Of a DNA stretch of 64,000 nucleotides, positions 26,603 through 38,500 are shown in pieces. The notes below the pieces were generated by a model. That model saw only the letters and a program-made list of their open reading frames with translations, had not been told where the DNA came from and did no database searches. A program made the translations under genes and the position numbers. Source of the stretch: Azolla caroliniana (Eukaryota > Plantae > Polypodiophyta); the NCBI GenBank assembly GCA_043228905.1, contig JBHGNT010000007.1, positions 13,764,001 through 13,828,000 of the forward strand. The letters are read 5' to 3'. Within the stretch, counting starts at the first letter, position 1. Every line of letters begins with the position of its first letter.

Positions 26603-29600
26603 GGATTTTTAGAGGGGGCTATCAAGGCGTGGGGCCGCGATAGTCCGGACTCTCGGGAACAACCCCACAAATGTACAGTATGGAAGAAGACTTGTACCAT
26701 GGGTAGGAAGTTTTGGTTCTCCGACAACGGAGGTTGTACTATAACCGGCGTCAGCGGCCGGGAGAGGACGCGAGCGGAGGAGCGGCTCAAGGGATGTAGA
26801 GTCCTCTTCCCCGACGAAGACATCAGCGGCGCCGTGGAGGCGGTCTCTTTTGACGACACCTTGGGCGAACTACGAAAGGTGATCGATGAAGACCTTAGAG
26901 AAGACCGGACCGTTTCGGTAGGATCGATAGGAATGTACGAAGTCATCGCGGACTTCGGGGAAAGGATCGGGTCGGATTGGACGGCCCGCGTGGATACGAA
27001 ATACAAGACTGTGGACTGGAAGATGAGGCCAGTCACGGCACCCTTGCCGGAGGGCAGCGAGGAGCAGATAAAAGGGGTCGCATCGGACCCAAGTTTACGG
27101 AATCTGGTTGGCATAGGGCACCGGTTCACCGACATAACGCTACGGGAGCTCAAGGTTGGTGGGGGCGGCTTCCTACTGCCGGCGGAGGAGGACCGGTTTC
27201 GGAGAGTGCTCGGAAGGCACGGGAAGGCTTTCGCATTCTCACCGGAGGAGATCGGGTGCGTAGACCTGACAGTTGTCGAACTGATGGTGATCTTCACGGT
27301 ATCGCATGTACCGTGGAATCTCAAGCCGATTCCGGTGCCAAGATCTCACATCCCGAAGTTGATGGAGCTCCTAAAGCAAAAGGTGGAGATGGGCATCCTC
27401 GAACCGTCGAGTGCCCCGTATTCGAATCGGTGGTTTACGGTGCTGAAGAAGAACGGCATGCTACGCTTCATCCAGGACCTACAACCGGTCAACAAGGCGA
27501 CCATCCGTAATGCAGGGATCGGACCGACCATAAACGAGTTCGCAGAGGCCTTCGCTGGAAGGTCGATCTATTCTGTCGGTGATCTGTACTCGGGGTACGA
27601 TCAGTTCCAACTAGCCGTGGAGAGCAGAGACATTACGACGATGCGGACTCCTCTCGGCCTAGTGCGGATGTGTACCCTGCCACAAGGAGGGACGAACTCA
27701 GTGGCTCACATGGTGAACGCGATGAACAAAGTGCTCAGGGATTGTATCCCGAACATTACCATGCCGTTCTTAGACGACATCCCGATCAAGGGATGCCCGG
27801 TGGAGAAAAGGGACGAGGCAATCGGGCCGAACGGATGTCGAATTTTTGTGGTGTCCCACATCGATGACTGCGAGAAGGTGCTGTAGAGACTAGAGCACGC
27901 GAGGCTCACCTTCTCCGGGGAAAAGTCGGCCTTCGGACAATCGGAAATCTTGGTGGTCGGACACTTGTGCGGGCCTTACGGTAGAAAACCGTCTCCGACA
28001 AAGGTAGAGGCCATCTCCGCGATGAGGAACGTTTGCGGGTCGGTCACGGAGGTCCGCAGATTCTTGGGGGCATGCGCGTTCTACCACATCTGGATCCCGC
28101 ACTACACACATGTCGTGGAACCCCTCTACGGACTATTGAAAAAGGGGCGTAGCTTTGAGTGGAGGATGGAGTACACGGAGTCGGTTCGGAGACTAAAGGA
28201 GGCGCTTACGGCAGCGCCGGCTCTCCGTAAAGCGGTTTACGGCAAGGATGTTCCCATCTGCGTAACGGTGGACACTAGCCCGACCGGGATCAGGTGGGTA
28301 ATCAGTCAGGAGGACAAGGTCGGCGTACGATTCCTGATCCAGTTCGGGGCGAAGGTATTGAACGAGCAGCAGCGAGGGTACGCCCAAGTTAAGCACGAAC
28401 TTTGGGGTGTCGTTTCGGCGGTCAAGGCCGACAAGGATTATCTGATCGGGACGGAGGTGATTATCGAGACGGACTGCCTGCCGATACTCGGCATGGTTTC
28501 CGGATGCGCGACGCCGGACCTAGCAATGCTCCGGTGGATAGCGTACATTAAGTCCCTGAATCCGGAGATACGGCACATCTCCGGAAAGGACAACGCCATG
28601 GACGACATGCTTTCGAGGGCAAGGTTCAACGACGAAGACGACATGGTTTCGGAAGACGAAGAGGTCGGCGAGGACTTCTTCGGGTTGGCTAACGTAATGA
28701 CAAGGAAAGGGAACACTCCGGCGCTTAACGAATTTGACGAAAGCAGGTACGACAGGGAGTGGCTCCAAATCGGGAGGTTCCTACGGACGATGACGCTGGA
28801 CGCAGCATGGGCGAGAGAGGAGGCGAGCCGGATACGGAGGAAGGTGTACCGATTCTTCCTGCGGGACGGGTGCATATGGAAACACCCAAAGAAGAGAAGC
28901 GGCATCCCACTCCGAGTAGTGGCAAAGAAAGAAGAACAGGGGAAACTACTGGCGGCATTCCACGAGAGCCCATGGGCCGGACACCGCGGAACGTGGGCCA
29001 CGTTCGAGAAGCTGACGGAGAAGTATTGGTGGCCGGGGCTATACCAGGACGTGCATTGGTTCGTAACGACTTGCGAAAGCTGTCAGGTGCACTCCGTAGT
29101 CCGACACCGGGATGAGCTACACCCGACCTACCCGTCTACGGTCCATTTCAAGTGGATGGTGGACTTGGTGACGATGCCGATGGGGGTAGGACAGATGCGA
29201 TACCTGGTGCTTGCACGAGAAGACTTAACGAACCAGGTGGAAGGCCGTGCACTGCAAAGCAAGACAACCGCGACGGTAGGCCGGTTCCTGATCGAAGAAG
29301 TCGTGTGTCGGTACAGGTGCGTCGGGAGGATCGTGGCAGACCGGGGAGAGCTGGATGTGCGGGAGGCCGAGGAGCTATTCGACTGGCTAGGCGTCAAACT
29401 CTCCCTCACCACGGCGTACAATCCGGAGGCGAACGGGAAGGTGGAACGTGGGCACGAACCGATTGTGAAGGCGTTGGTGCCTGCATGCGGTGGGCAGGTC
29501 GGGAATTGGCCGCGACTCCTTCCTTACGCGCTATGGGCGAACCGGACTATGCACAGTTCGGTGACAGGGTTTATGCCGGTGGAACTAATGTATGGACAAA

Positions 29601-30097
29601 AGCCGATCAGGCCGGTGGAACGGACGGTTTCTTCGTGGGCGGCGGTAGATTGGAAGGACGAAATGAGCCGGGAGGAGTTGCTGGCGGTGCGGATTCGGCA
29701 ACTCGAGCGAAGGCCGGAGGACATGATACAGGTGAAGGAAAAGCTGCGAGCGGCGAGGGAGCGGAACAAAACCCGGTTCAATCGGACACACCGGTTGCGA
29801 CCAAAGAAGATCGAGGAAGGCGACTGGGTCTTGGTATACGACAACAACCTCGACAATCAGCACAAGGCGGTGCGAAAGTTTGCTAGGAGATGGTTCGGGC
29901 CCTACATGGTGACGAGTGCGAATGGCAACGGCACGTACCACCTCGCGGAACTCGACGGGGCACGGTTAGTGGTGCCGGTGGCCGGAAAGCGGATAAAAGC
30001 TTTCAAAAAGCGGTTCGAAGACGAGCCGGAGCCTGCGAGCGGGAGCGACAACGATGATCAGTTCGGGTCCGGCGGAGAATCGGAGAGCAACGAGTGA
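26603..30097 (+). pseudogene. pol: D pol (RT-RNase H-integrase), one stop at 27884; no protease seen
   Basis: LPQGGTNS, FLDD, VDTSPTG, ETDCLP, H-H-C-C, ADRGE, NGKVERGH, WFGPY; slippery-site-like GGATTTTTAG at 26603-26612. Confidence 0.92.
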
Positions 30098-30166
30098 GGC
30101 TGGGTTTCTTCGATATCTACCCATCTCTGGTGCATACCGGTGGATGCGCGGTTTGGTGGGGGTGGA

Positions 30167-30784
30167 TGTCGTGAAGAAAACCGGCCATAGGCGGAATCAG
30201 AGAGAAAGCGTGTAAACCGGCCCTTACACGGATGGACGCGTGACTTGACATTTTGTACACGAACCGGTGGGTGTAAATAAGAAGCCGCACGCATTTATTA
30301 GGGGGGGATTGTGCGTATCCCAGTCAGGGGGACAGGGAATAAAGGGAAGAGGACAAGGGAAAACGGATATCGCGCGCGAGGAGGAGGAAAGAGGTTGCTG
30401 CAGAACGGAAGGCGGAGCTCTCTCTCTTCGACTCGAATCGTCGCTCTTTGCGGGTGTCGGGAGGTCGCTGCCTCTGCTTCGTGGACAGCCCGTGTGCTTC
30501 CAGTAGAGTCGCTCCCCTTCCCCTTTTGTTTCTTTGAGTCGGTGACTGTCGTCGGTGTGCGTGAGTAGGGTCCCCGTGTCGGGCCCGTCGCCGCTTTGTC
30601 GGTTGTAACTGTCAGAGTTTGTAATCTCTGTCATTATAATTAAGTGTTACGTTATGTTTCTCTCTTTCTCGCTTCTACGTGTTGGTGAATCTTTCTCTCT
30701 CTTTCTCTCTCTCTGTCTCGCTCCTCGGTCCAAGACCCCCGTGGTCCCGCCCCTTTCTACACGTACGTGCGTAACAACGCGACA
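30167..30784 (+). repeat. 3' LTR of D
   Basis: Direct repeat of 14159-14776. Confidence 0.95.
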
Positions 30785-31199
30785 ACGTGAAAGGGGTGAA
30801 GGCCACATGCATATGCTAGCGTTTCGTAAATAGGACTGAAATGAGAATAGACATCCTATGCACTCGAGCTTTCATGTATGAAAATATACATGGCATAAGT
30901 ACGAACATTAAAATATAACTTTAAAAGAATGAATGTCCTAGCCTAATGGTATATGCATTGTGTTTGGTATGTGAGGTTGTGGGTTCAAGTCTCACGAATG
31001 TTATTCAATACAATAATTTAGTTTATTTTTCTATCGTGAAGCAAATCCTTCACGACACCTAAGCCCCCACACACTCCTATTCATCGAGGCCTCACACTTT
31101 ATATAACCTTTTACAAACATTTGAATAAGCTCATATAAATTGGTAGAGGTTATTTTCTCATCGTGGCATGGAAATATCACGACATCCTCCCCCTCTAGA

Positions 31200-32700
31200 C
31201 CTGCGCATCCTCTGGCATGCGCCAACGAATGTCTCCTTCTTCAGCTTCATGGATGTCATCTTCGTTGAGGAAGTTAGTGCTTTGATCTTCCCTTCTCTTG
31301 AATAGCTTAATTCACTTTCCTGCAAAAGCAACTCCATCCATTTCAGTTAGGAAATACGTTGCATTTTTATTCACTTGTCTAATGATATATGGCCCGAACC
31401 ATCTTTTGGCAAATTTGTGAGAAGTACTATGTTGGTTATCCAAGCTACTATCATAAACTATGACCCAATCACCTTCTTGGAGCTTTCTTGGTCAAAGGCG
31501 ATGGGTTTTCTCAAATCTTTCTTTGTTCCGTAGTCGACATTGTTTCATCCTTTTTGTAGCTATTTGAACATCTTCATCCCTTCTTTCTAGGTGTCTTATT
31601 CTAAGAGCAAGCAAATCTTCTCGACTCATTTCATCTGCCCATGGCAAGGCAACCCAGGAAAATACCGATCGCTCTACTGGCATAATTGGTGTTTGACCAA
31701 GTATCAATTCTGATGGCATAAAGCCAATTACGGAACTATGAATAGTGTGGTCAGCCCATAGTGCATACGGTAACAGATGAGGCCAGTTAGCTATCTTGCC
31801 ATCACAAGCTTTCACCAAAGCTTTTACTATAGGGCTATGTCCCGCTCAACTTTCCCATTAGCTTCAGGGTTATATGCCGTAGTTAAGGACAATCAAATTC
31901 CCATTCTTGAAAAAAATTGTTTAGCTTCGTTAGAATCTAGTTCTCCTCTGTCTGCAACAATCTTCCCAATGCACCCATACCTACATATCACATCTTCAAG
32001 AAGGAACTTACAAACAACTGAAGTGGTTTTTTGGCGTAGGGTTCGCCCTTCCACTTGATTTGTCAAATCTTCTCTTGCCAATACAAGATATCTCATTTGC
32101 CAAACCCCCACATGCATCATTACAATATCCACAACCTTTTTATAATGTAGAGATAAAGAATAAGTAGGTTGCAACCCATCACGATGCCGAATATTCGAAT
32201 ACATTTGGCAGTTCTCACATGATTGTACGTAATCTGCAACATCATTGTACATTCCAACCCACAAAAACTTCTCTTTTAATTTCGAGTAGGTGGTCCAAAC
32301 TCCACGATGACCTGCCCATAAAGTATCATGAAATTCAAATATTAGTTTTTGTTACTCTTCCCTTCTTCCAACCACTCTTTGCGGAATCCCTTTCACAACT
32401 TTTGGATGTCTCCAAAGATATCCCTCATGAAGAAAAAATTTATAAGCTTTCTTTCTTATTTTATGAAATAGCTCCCTTGACCATGTTCCATCTTTCTCAT
32501 GAGTACTAAAGTATTTTCTAATTTGTAACATCTCCCCCTTGTACTCAGATTCACGAAGAATAACATGAACACCCAAATCACGACCCCTTCAAGTTACAAT
32601 TTATGGAAAAGAAATCAAAACTCTCATCTTCTTCATTAGTCATTACCATTGTATTTTTACCTTTAAACCTCGCTCTTGAGAGCATATCGGCAACTGGGTT
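31200..32700 (-). pseudogene. C integrase (plus the last residues of RNase H), frameshifted
   Basis: NPVADMLSRARF, SCENCQ, YLVLAREDLTNQVEGR, IVADRGELD, WPHLLPYALWAD, RWFGPY; collinear with D integrase. Confidence 0.9.
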
Positions 32701-34266
32701 ATCCATCTATTATTGCATCATGAAATTCTTTTTTCGCTATGCCCAAAAGTTCCCTCAAGGAAAGTTCTACTTTGCTATCTAAAATTCTTTCTTCCAATAC
32801 TTTTTCTAAATAAGTTGAAGCTTCAATATCAGATAATAATTTGAACGAGGGACTCTTCTTATCCTTACCTTTTTCAATGTCAAGGTTTACCATTTTTGGA
32901 CTTTCTGTCTCCCTCTTTTTAGCGCTTCTTAGCTCCCTCTTCTTGTTATCTTCATTTTCCGCCCATTTCCGTTTCTCTTCGATGATCTCTTCATGGGCTT
33001 GGGTTGTTGCAACCTTCATGACAGTTGAGAGGCCATCCACTGGGTCTTCCCAACTAGTTTTGCTTCGGACAACATCACCTCCAGACTTCAACTTTTCAAA
33101 CTCGATTTTACCCTTTCTTGCAGCTTTCAGAATACACAGCCAAAATTCAGATTCAGATCCTCCACTAACATGGATGACTGTAGTTGTAGGTTGATAGACA
33201 ACTTGTCTCCTAGTTATTTCTGCATCTTCGATGATCCTTCTCATACCACCTCTTCTAAAGTTAGTTCGGAGAGGTAATCGAGTTTCAGAAGAATGAATCT
33301 TACCATCTTTGAAGAATATCACCCCTCTTTCTATCGCTTCTTGATAGTTATCACACCCTCCTCTTGAATGGTCGACACTATCACACCATATGCATCTTCT
33401 TTCCTAATCTTTTTGGGGTTGTGAGGATTTTTCTTCTTGTAGCTTTGCAACATGTAATGAAAGATCTTTTATACCTTTGATAAGATCGTCCATCACTATT
33501 TCGGGTACCTTGGAAATAGTTGACGGACTCCCAGTATCCTCCCTGATGGTTGTCTTCACTTCATCTTTCATACCTCCGGAAATCGAAAGATCCTCACACC
33601 ATTGGGCTCTTTTGCTGATTCTGTTGCAAGCTTCATGTACTCGATTCCAATCTTACACAAGTCCAGTGGGTGTAGTCTAGTCTTCAAGGAATACAACTAA
33701 TTTTTCTCAATAGGATCGGTCTGATGCCTTCGAGAATAATATGACCTTCTCTTGTTCCAAAAGAGTCCTTTCGGTCGTTGTTAATTGATTATAATGATCG
33801 TCAAACTCTTTCAACAACTCCATCACCGAAATCTTCTTGTCCTCTTTGTCCACCCAATCCAAGAAACTCCTCCTTGATGCTCGGATTGTATCACCAAGCA
33901 TGTATTCATTTAATAAAGCTTGCTCAAATGCAACCCAATCATTAGAACTTGTTGCGAGTTCAGAGACTCTATTTCTCAAAGGGAGTTCAACCATCCTCAC
34001 AAAATTCATTTGAACATCGTGTTGATTTAATCCTTTACTACCCATCTCAGTAACATATACTTGTAATAATTTAGTTATATTTTTACCTTCAAAGAGACCT
34101 ATTTTCTCTACAAGCTTGTCAATAGCATGATCGATTCGTTGAAGAGCAGTGCATGTTCTTGGCTTTGCATCATTCTTTCAATCATTTGAAGCACCACGTT
34201 GATTTGTGGCTCTACAACGACTTCTTGGTTGATTCGTGGCTCCGAGACTCCTTGTTGGTTCTCCAT
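32699..34266 (-). pseudogene. gag: C gag, homologous to D gag
   Basis: SRRSFLDWVD versus SRRDFMAWVE; CIWCDSVDH knuckle; KVLEERILDSKVELSLRELLGIAKKEFHD nearly identical to D. Confidence 0.88.
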
Positions 34267-34840
34267 CTCTCTTAACTTCCCATTTCACCAAGTAAGATGT
34301 CGAGGAAATCCTCGCGTGTTCGCGAAATGAAGCGGGACCACCGGGGTCCTGGACCAGAAGGATTCAATGTTTTTAGCAACGTAAGAGAGAAAGTATTGAA
34401 GATAGATAGATGGATGAAGAGAGAGAGAGAGAGATTGAGATAGAGATTGAACCCTTGACTTTGATCTTTGATTAAAAGTTTCTTTTTTACTTACATCACT
34501 TGCCTCCTTACACAAGCCCAACTATAGGCTTTTATAGGTCTCTCCATGCAAAAACCATGGGCTGAAACCACGAGCTAAAACCATGGTTTTTTGCCCACGG
34601 TTTCTATATGTTTGCTTCCTACAAAATACTGAATATGAAAAGAAAATATACAAATTCTAAAGCATTCAGTAGTGGCTTTAGTGGTAAGTTAATTTGTCTT
34701 CTATCTTGGAGGTGCAAGGTTCAATCCTTCTTTCCACCCCTATGTATGCACTTAAATGCTTTAGTCTTGTTTTTATATTTACAATTGAGCACACATCGCA
34801 CATGCACATGTTTAACTTGACATCTAGCTTTTCTTTTACG

Positions 34841-34976
34841 ATTCTCATTTCAGTCCTATTTACAACACGCTAGCATATGTGTGTGGCCTTCACCCCTTTC
34901 ACATGTGCACATTGCACCTTCTCGATTTCGTCCGTTGCACACAATTTTCACACCGTTGCCGAAAATCTTCACAACA
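34841..34976 (-). repeat. Right TIR of C (136 bp)
   Basis: Reverse complement of the reconstructed left TIR, with about 8 substitutions and a 9-nt indel. Confidence 0.9.
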
Positions 34977-34980
34977 TCGG

Positions 34981-36601
34981 CTTCACGAGTAGCCAAATCC
35001 TCCAGCCCCGACTCGTCAACGCTCGACTCGGAACAACTGAATGGTTTGCCCCTGGATCATCTGACTTCGACACCCGATGTGACTAGTTAAGTCATACCTC
35101 GAAGATCCGAGAGACTGTTGCAGCCCCCGGAGAGATACTCTCCTGGAATCTTCTTTACGGACGCCGGAGAACCGATGTCATACGAAGAAGCATCAACATC
35201 TACCGATTCGGCCACCTGCCATATGGCAATGGAGTCCGAGATGAACTCCATTCGAGCAACCCAAACTTGGGACTTGGTCGAGCTCCCGAAAAATCGACGT
35301 GCTCTTTCGTGCAAGTGGGTCTATCGAGTCAAAGAGACGTATGATTCGGCCACCCCAAAATTCAAGGCCAGAGTAGTAGCTAAGGTTTTGGACAGGAATA
35401 TGGCGTCGATTTCGACGAAATCTTTTCCCCAGTGGTTAAAATGACAACCCTTAGATTCATGCTCGACGTCATGGCAGCCGAGGACTTGGAGCTGATTCAG
35501 CTAGATGTCAAATGGCATTCCTCCATGGTGATCTAGAGGAGGAAATTTATATGGAGCAGCCGAAAGGCTTTGTGGCACCTGACCAAGAACATCTAGGCTG
35601 CCGACTCTGGAAGAGTCTATACGGCCTGAAACAAGCATTGGGAAGAAGTTCGATGACTTCATTCAGTCGGCCGGCTTCTCTAAGAGCGATGAGGACCAGT
35701 GCCTCTTCACGAAAACAACTCGATTTGGGTCACACATCCTCCTCATCATCTACGTGGACAACATGTTAATCTCCGGTTGGTAGGCCGGAGAGCTTGCCGA
35801 ACTCATTCGGCAATTGCGGTTGAAGTTTGCCATGAAGGACCTCGGTCCAGCAAGACACATTCTTGGCATGAAGATTAGTCGGAATCAAAATTGAAGACAA
35901 TTGTTTCTGTCCCAATATGACTATATTAGATGTGTCCTCGACTGCTTGAACATGCATTCGGCAAAATCTGCTTCGACTCCGCTCCCCATTAGCCTTCGAC
36001 TATCTCAGCGAGACTGCCTGACATCCGGTTCGGAGTGGGAAACCATGAAGTCGGTACCGTATGCATCGACAGTCGGCTCCCTGATGTACACGATGGTCGT
36101 GACACAGCCTGACATTGCCCACGCTGTAGGAGTCATCAACAAATTCACGCACAACCCTGGACGATCGCATTGGAACATAGTAAAGCATGTGTTTAGATAT
36201 CTGGTGGGCACAAAAGACCTTGGCATTCTATTCAGCCCAAATGACACCTTAGGCGTAGTCGGCTATACCGACTCGAATTTTGCTGGATGTGTGGACAGTA
36301 AAAAATCGACAATTGGATACTGCTTTATGTTCGGCAATGGAGCAATCTCGTGGAAATTGAACCTTCAGGACTGCACTACCACATCAATGATGGAGGCCGA
36401 ATACGTAGCTGCGTCCGATGCGGTGAAAGAAGCCTTATGGCTTGGTCGGTTGGCTTGCATGTTTCGACAAGTCGAATCTGACTCGACTCTAATTGTCTAT
36501 AGTGACAGTCAAGGTGTTGTCACTTTGTCGAAAAATCCGGTTCATCATAACGCCTCCAAGCATATCGAATTTCGATATCACTTTGTTCGGGATTGCGTCA
36601 T
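34981..36601 (+). pseudogene. pol: Copia A RT-RNase H
   Basis: TWDLVELP...[48 protein letters not shown]. Confidence 0.92.
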
Positions 36602-37535
36602 TGTTGCTCTCGCGACCGGCCATAGTCGATTACTGTTTGTATATTCGTGTGCAAGAAGTAATGGTCAGACAGGAAACTGAAAAACGGAATAGCTAAAAAA
36701 CAGAGAACACACAGATTTTACTATGGAAACCCAAACTGGGAAAAACCACGTGGACTCCACTTGCTCAGAAACAAATCACTCTGATGATGAGAGGGGTACA
36801 ACAAGAAACTTAGAGGAAACGACCTCGATTTCTTTGTCAGCAGATGGCTATGGAGTTACACTCACTCACACTCTCCCTCTCTCACACGTTCTCACAGTTA
36901 CAAAGACCACAACCCCGTTCTCACTGTCTCACAATAATGATTATTGATCTACATATAATGATTTCCCTAGATGCTTATATACTAGTATAACTTTTGGACT
37001 ATTTACAGGTATAGCCCATAGAGGCTTATTTTGACTATTTATAGATATAGTCTCCCGAGTTGGTTGTCTACACGATTTCGGTTTCGGCCTCGGCCTAGTT
37101 CCTCATCAACTCGGCTCTTCTCTCTTCCCATCTAGAGGAACCTGTTTCCCAACAAACTCCCCCTTCACTCCAGCATGGGGTACTTCACCAGTCTAATCCT
37201 CTGTCGGCACGCGTTTAGCTTTTCGGCTGACAACACCTTCGTCATCATGTCCGATCCATTCTCGGTCGTGTGAACCTTCGTCAGAGCAAAGTCCTTCTCT
37301 TCTACTTGCTATCAGAGCCAATGGTATCTCCTCTAGATGTGTTTGGTTCTCGAGTGGTAGGTGGCATTTTTCGCAAGGTGGATGGCACTCTGATTATTGT
37401 AGTAGAGTCAGAATTCTTCTTGGTGAATTCCTAGTTCACTGATAAACTCCTTCATCCATATGATTTCCTTGCCGGCTTCTGTTGTGGCAATATACTCAGC
37501 TTCCATGGTCGATAGAGCCACGACCTTCTGCATTT
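36602..37535 (-). mobile_element. Copia F fragment (B/G/K family): 3' LTR 36602-37154, PPT, RNase H C-terminus; truncated
   Basis: TGTTG...CAACA, PPT complement AACTCCCCCTTCAC, AIHLAKNATYHSRTKHI on the minus strand. Confidence 0.85.
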
Positions 37536-38101
37536 CTAGGTTGGATAGTCATTGTATTGCGGTTAGAGAATTAACTTGTTTTTCCTTCCATTGTGTGCAG
37601 GGAAATTGGAGGTATTGTTTAAACAAAGCATATATTCAGAATTGGGAGTATCATACATTGAACGATAAGGAAGCAGTTGATGGAGAAATAGAAAAGAATG
37701 TTGACTTCACATATCAAGGACGTGGAGATACTCTAAGTGATGTCTTAAATGTTGGGGATAATTTCTCTGTAAATGCAAAAGAAGGAAATTCAGAGGGTGT
37801 TGATTTCTATATATTGAAGTGCATGGTTAATAAATAGTGTGCAACGTAGAATATATTAGATGCTTGGGGAAATGTTGTATCTATTGGGACATTCTTCATC
37901 GAAAGTATTTTTTATGCAAGACTAGATGATTACGATTATGTGTACAGGCTATTAGAAGACAAACCAGTGGCGTACATGTACTCTCATTTGGTCAGGTGCA
38001 TCAACGTCCCAATGTCTCAATACAAAAGCTACTCAGGTTTATACACAATTAGTGCTAATGTATATGAATGTATTTACAACAGTATGTCATGGAATTTGTA
38101 G
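37536..38101 (+). pseudogene. C-terminal fragment of a probable DNA transposase (Sola-like?)
   Basis: RELTCFSFHCVQGNWRYC Cys cluster, then VGDNFSV...FYILKC; frame continues past two stops to 38101; family call is from recall only. Confidence 0.4.
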
Positions 38102-38500
38102 CTACAAGTAGCAATTACTAGTTTTCTTGTAAAACAAACAAAGCACGTGTATTGCAAATAAACAGTTTAATAAATTCGTTTGGGATTTTTTTTTTTGATA
38201 TACAATCTACTTTTTGTGCTTCTTTCTTAATAAAATCGTGTGTCTTTTTTATATACAGTCTTCTTTTTGTTCTTCTTTCGTAAAAACCAGTTTAATAATA
38301 TCGTTTAGGGTTCTTCTTTTTGATATATAGATTTACTCAAGTGAACCATCTACAAGTTAAAATAGTTTGCATAATTTTAAGAAAAAGCACTATCATGAAA
38401 TCTGCAATCCTGAACATACTCTTAAAATTACAAAGTAGATAAGTTACTCAAAACAAGCAATTTAATTCTTCATTGATTAATCTGTCATCAAATTACATAT

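Larger units (their letters stand above)
14159..30784 (+). mobile_element. Ty3/Gypsy element D (non-chromovirus; RT DLYSGYDQF / FLDDIPIKG)
   Basis: 4-bp TSD ACGT (14155-14158 and 30785-30788); two 618-bp LTRs; tRNA-Trp PBS; PPT GGTGGGGGTGGA 30155-30166. Confidence 0.95.
14092..34976 (-). mobile_element. Element C: Gypsy-derived gag + integrase element bounded by terminal inverted repeats (hosts D and E)
   Basis: TSD TCGG at 14088-14091 and 34977-34980; TGT...ACA ends; TIRs 14092-14158 + 30789-30848 versus 34841-34976; gag and INT on the minus strand at 31200-34270. Confidence 0.85.
47..36601 (+). mobile_element. Ty1/Copia element A (degenerate; split by B and C; 3' end lost at insertion of F)
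   Basis: 5' LTR and tRNA-Met PBS, then gag/PR/INT remnants. After removing B and C the frame continues (EGPTH|NTRS|ASRVAKSS...PRRSER...EPMSYEEA) into RT/RNase H at 34981-36601. Confidence 0.9.

Noticed and set aside
26134-27324. 396-aa minus-strand ORF and other long antisense ORFs in D, E and G
   Set aside because: Shadow frames of GC-rich retroelement coding sequence with no recognisable motifs; this one also crosses an insertion junction.
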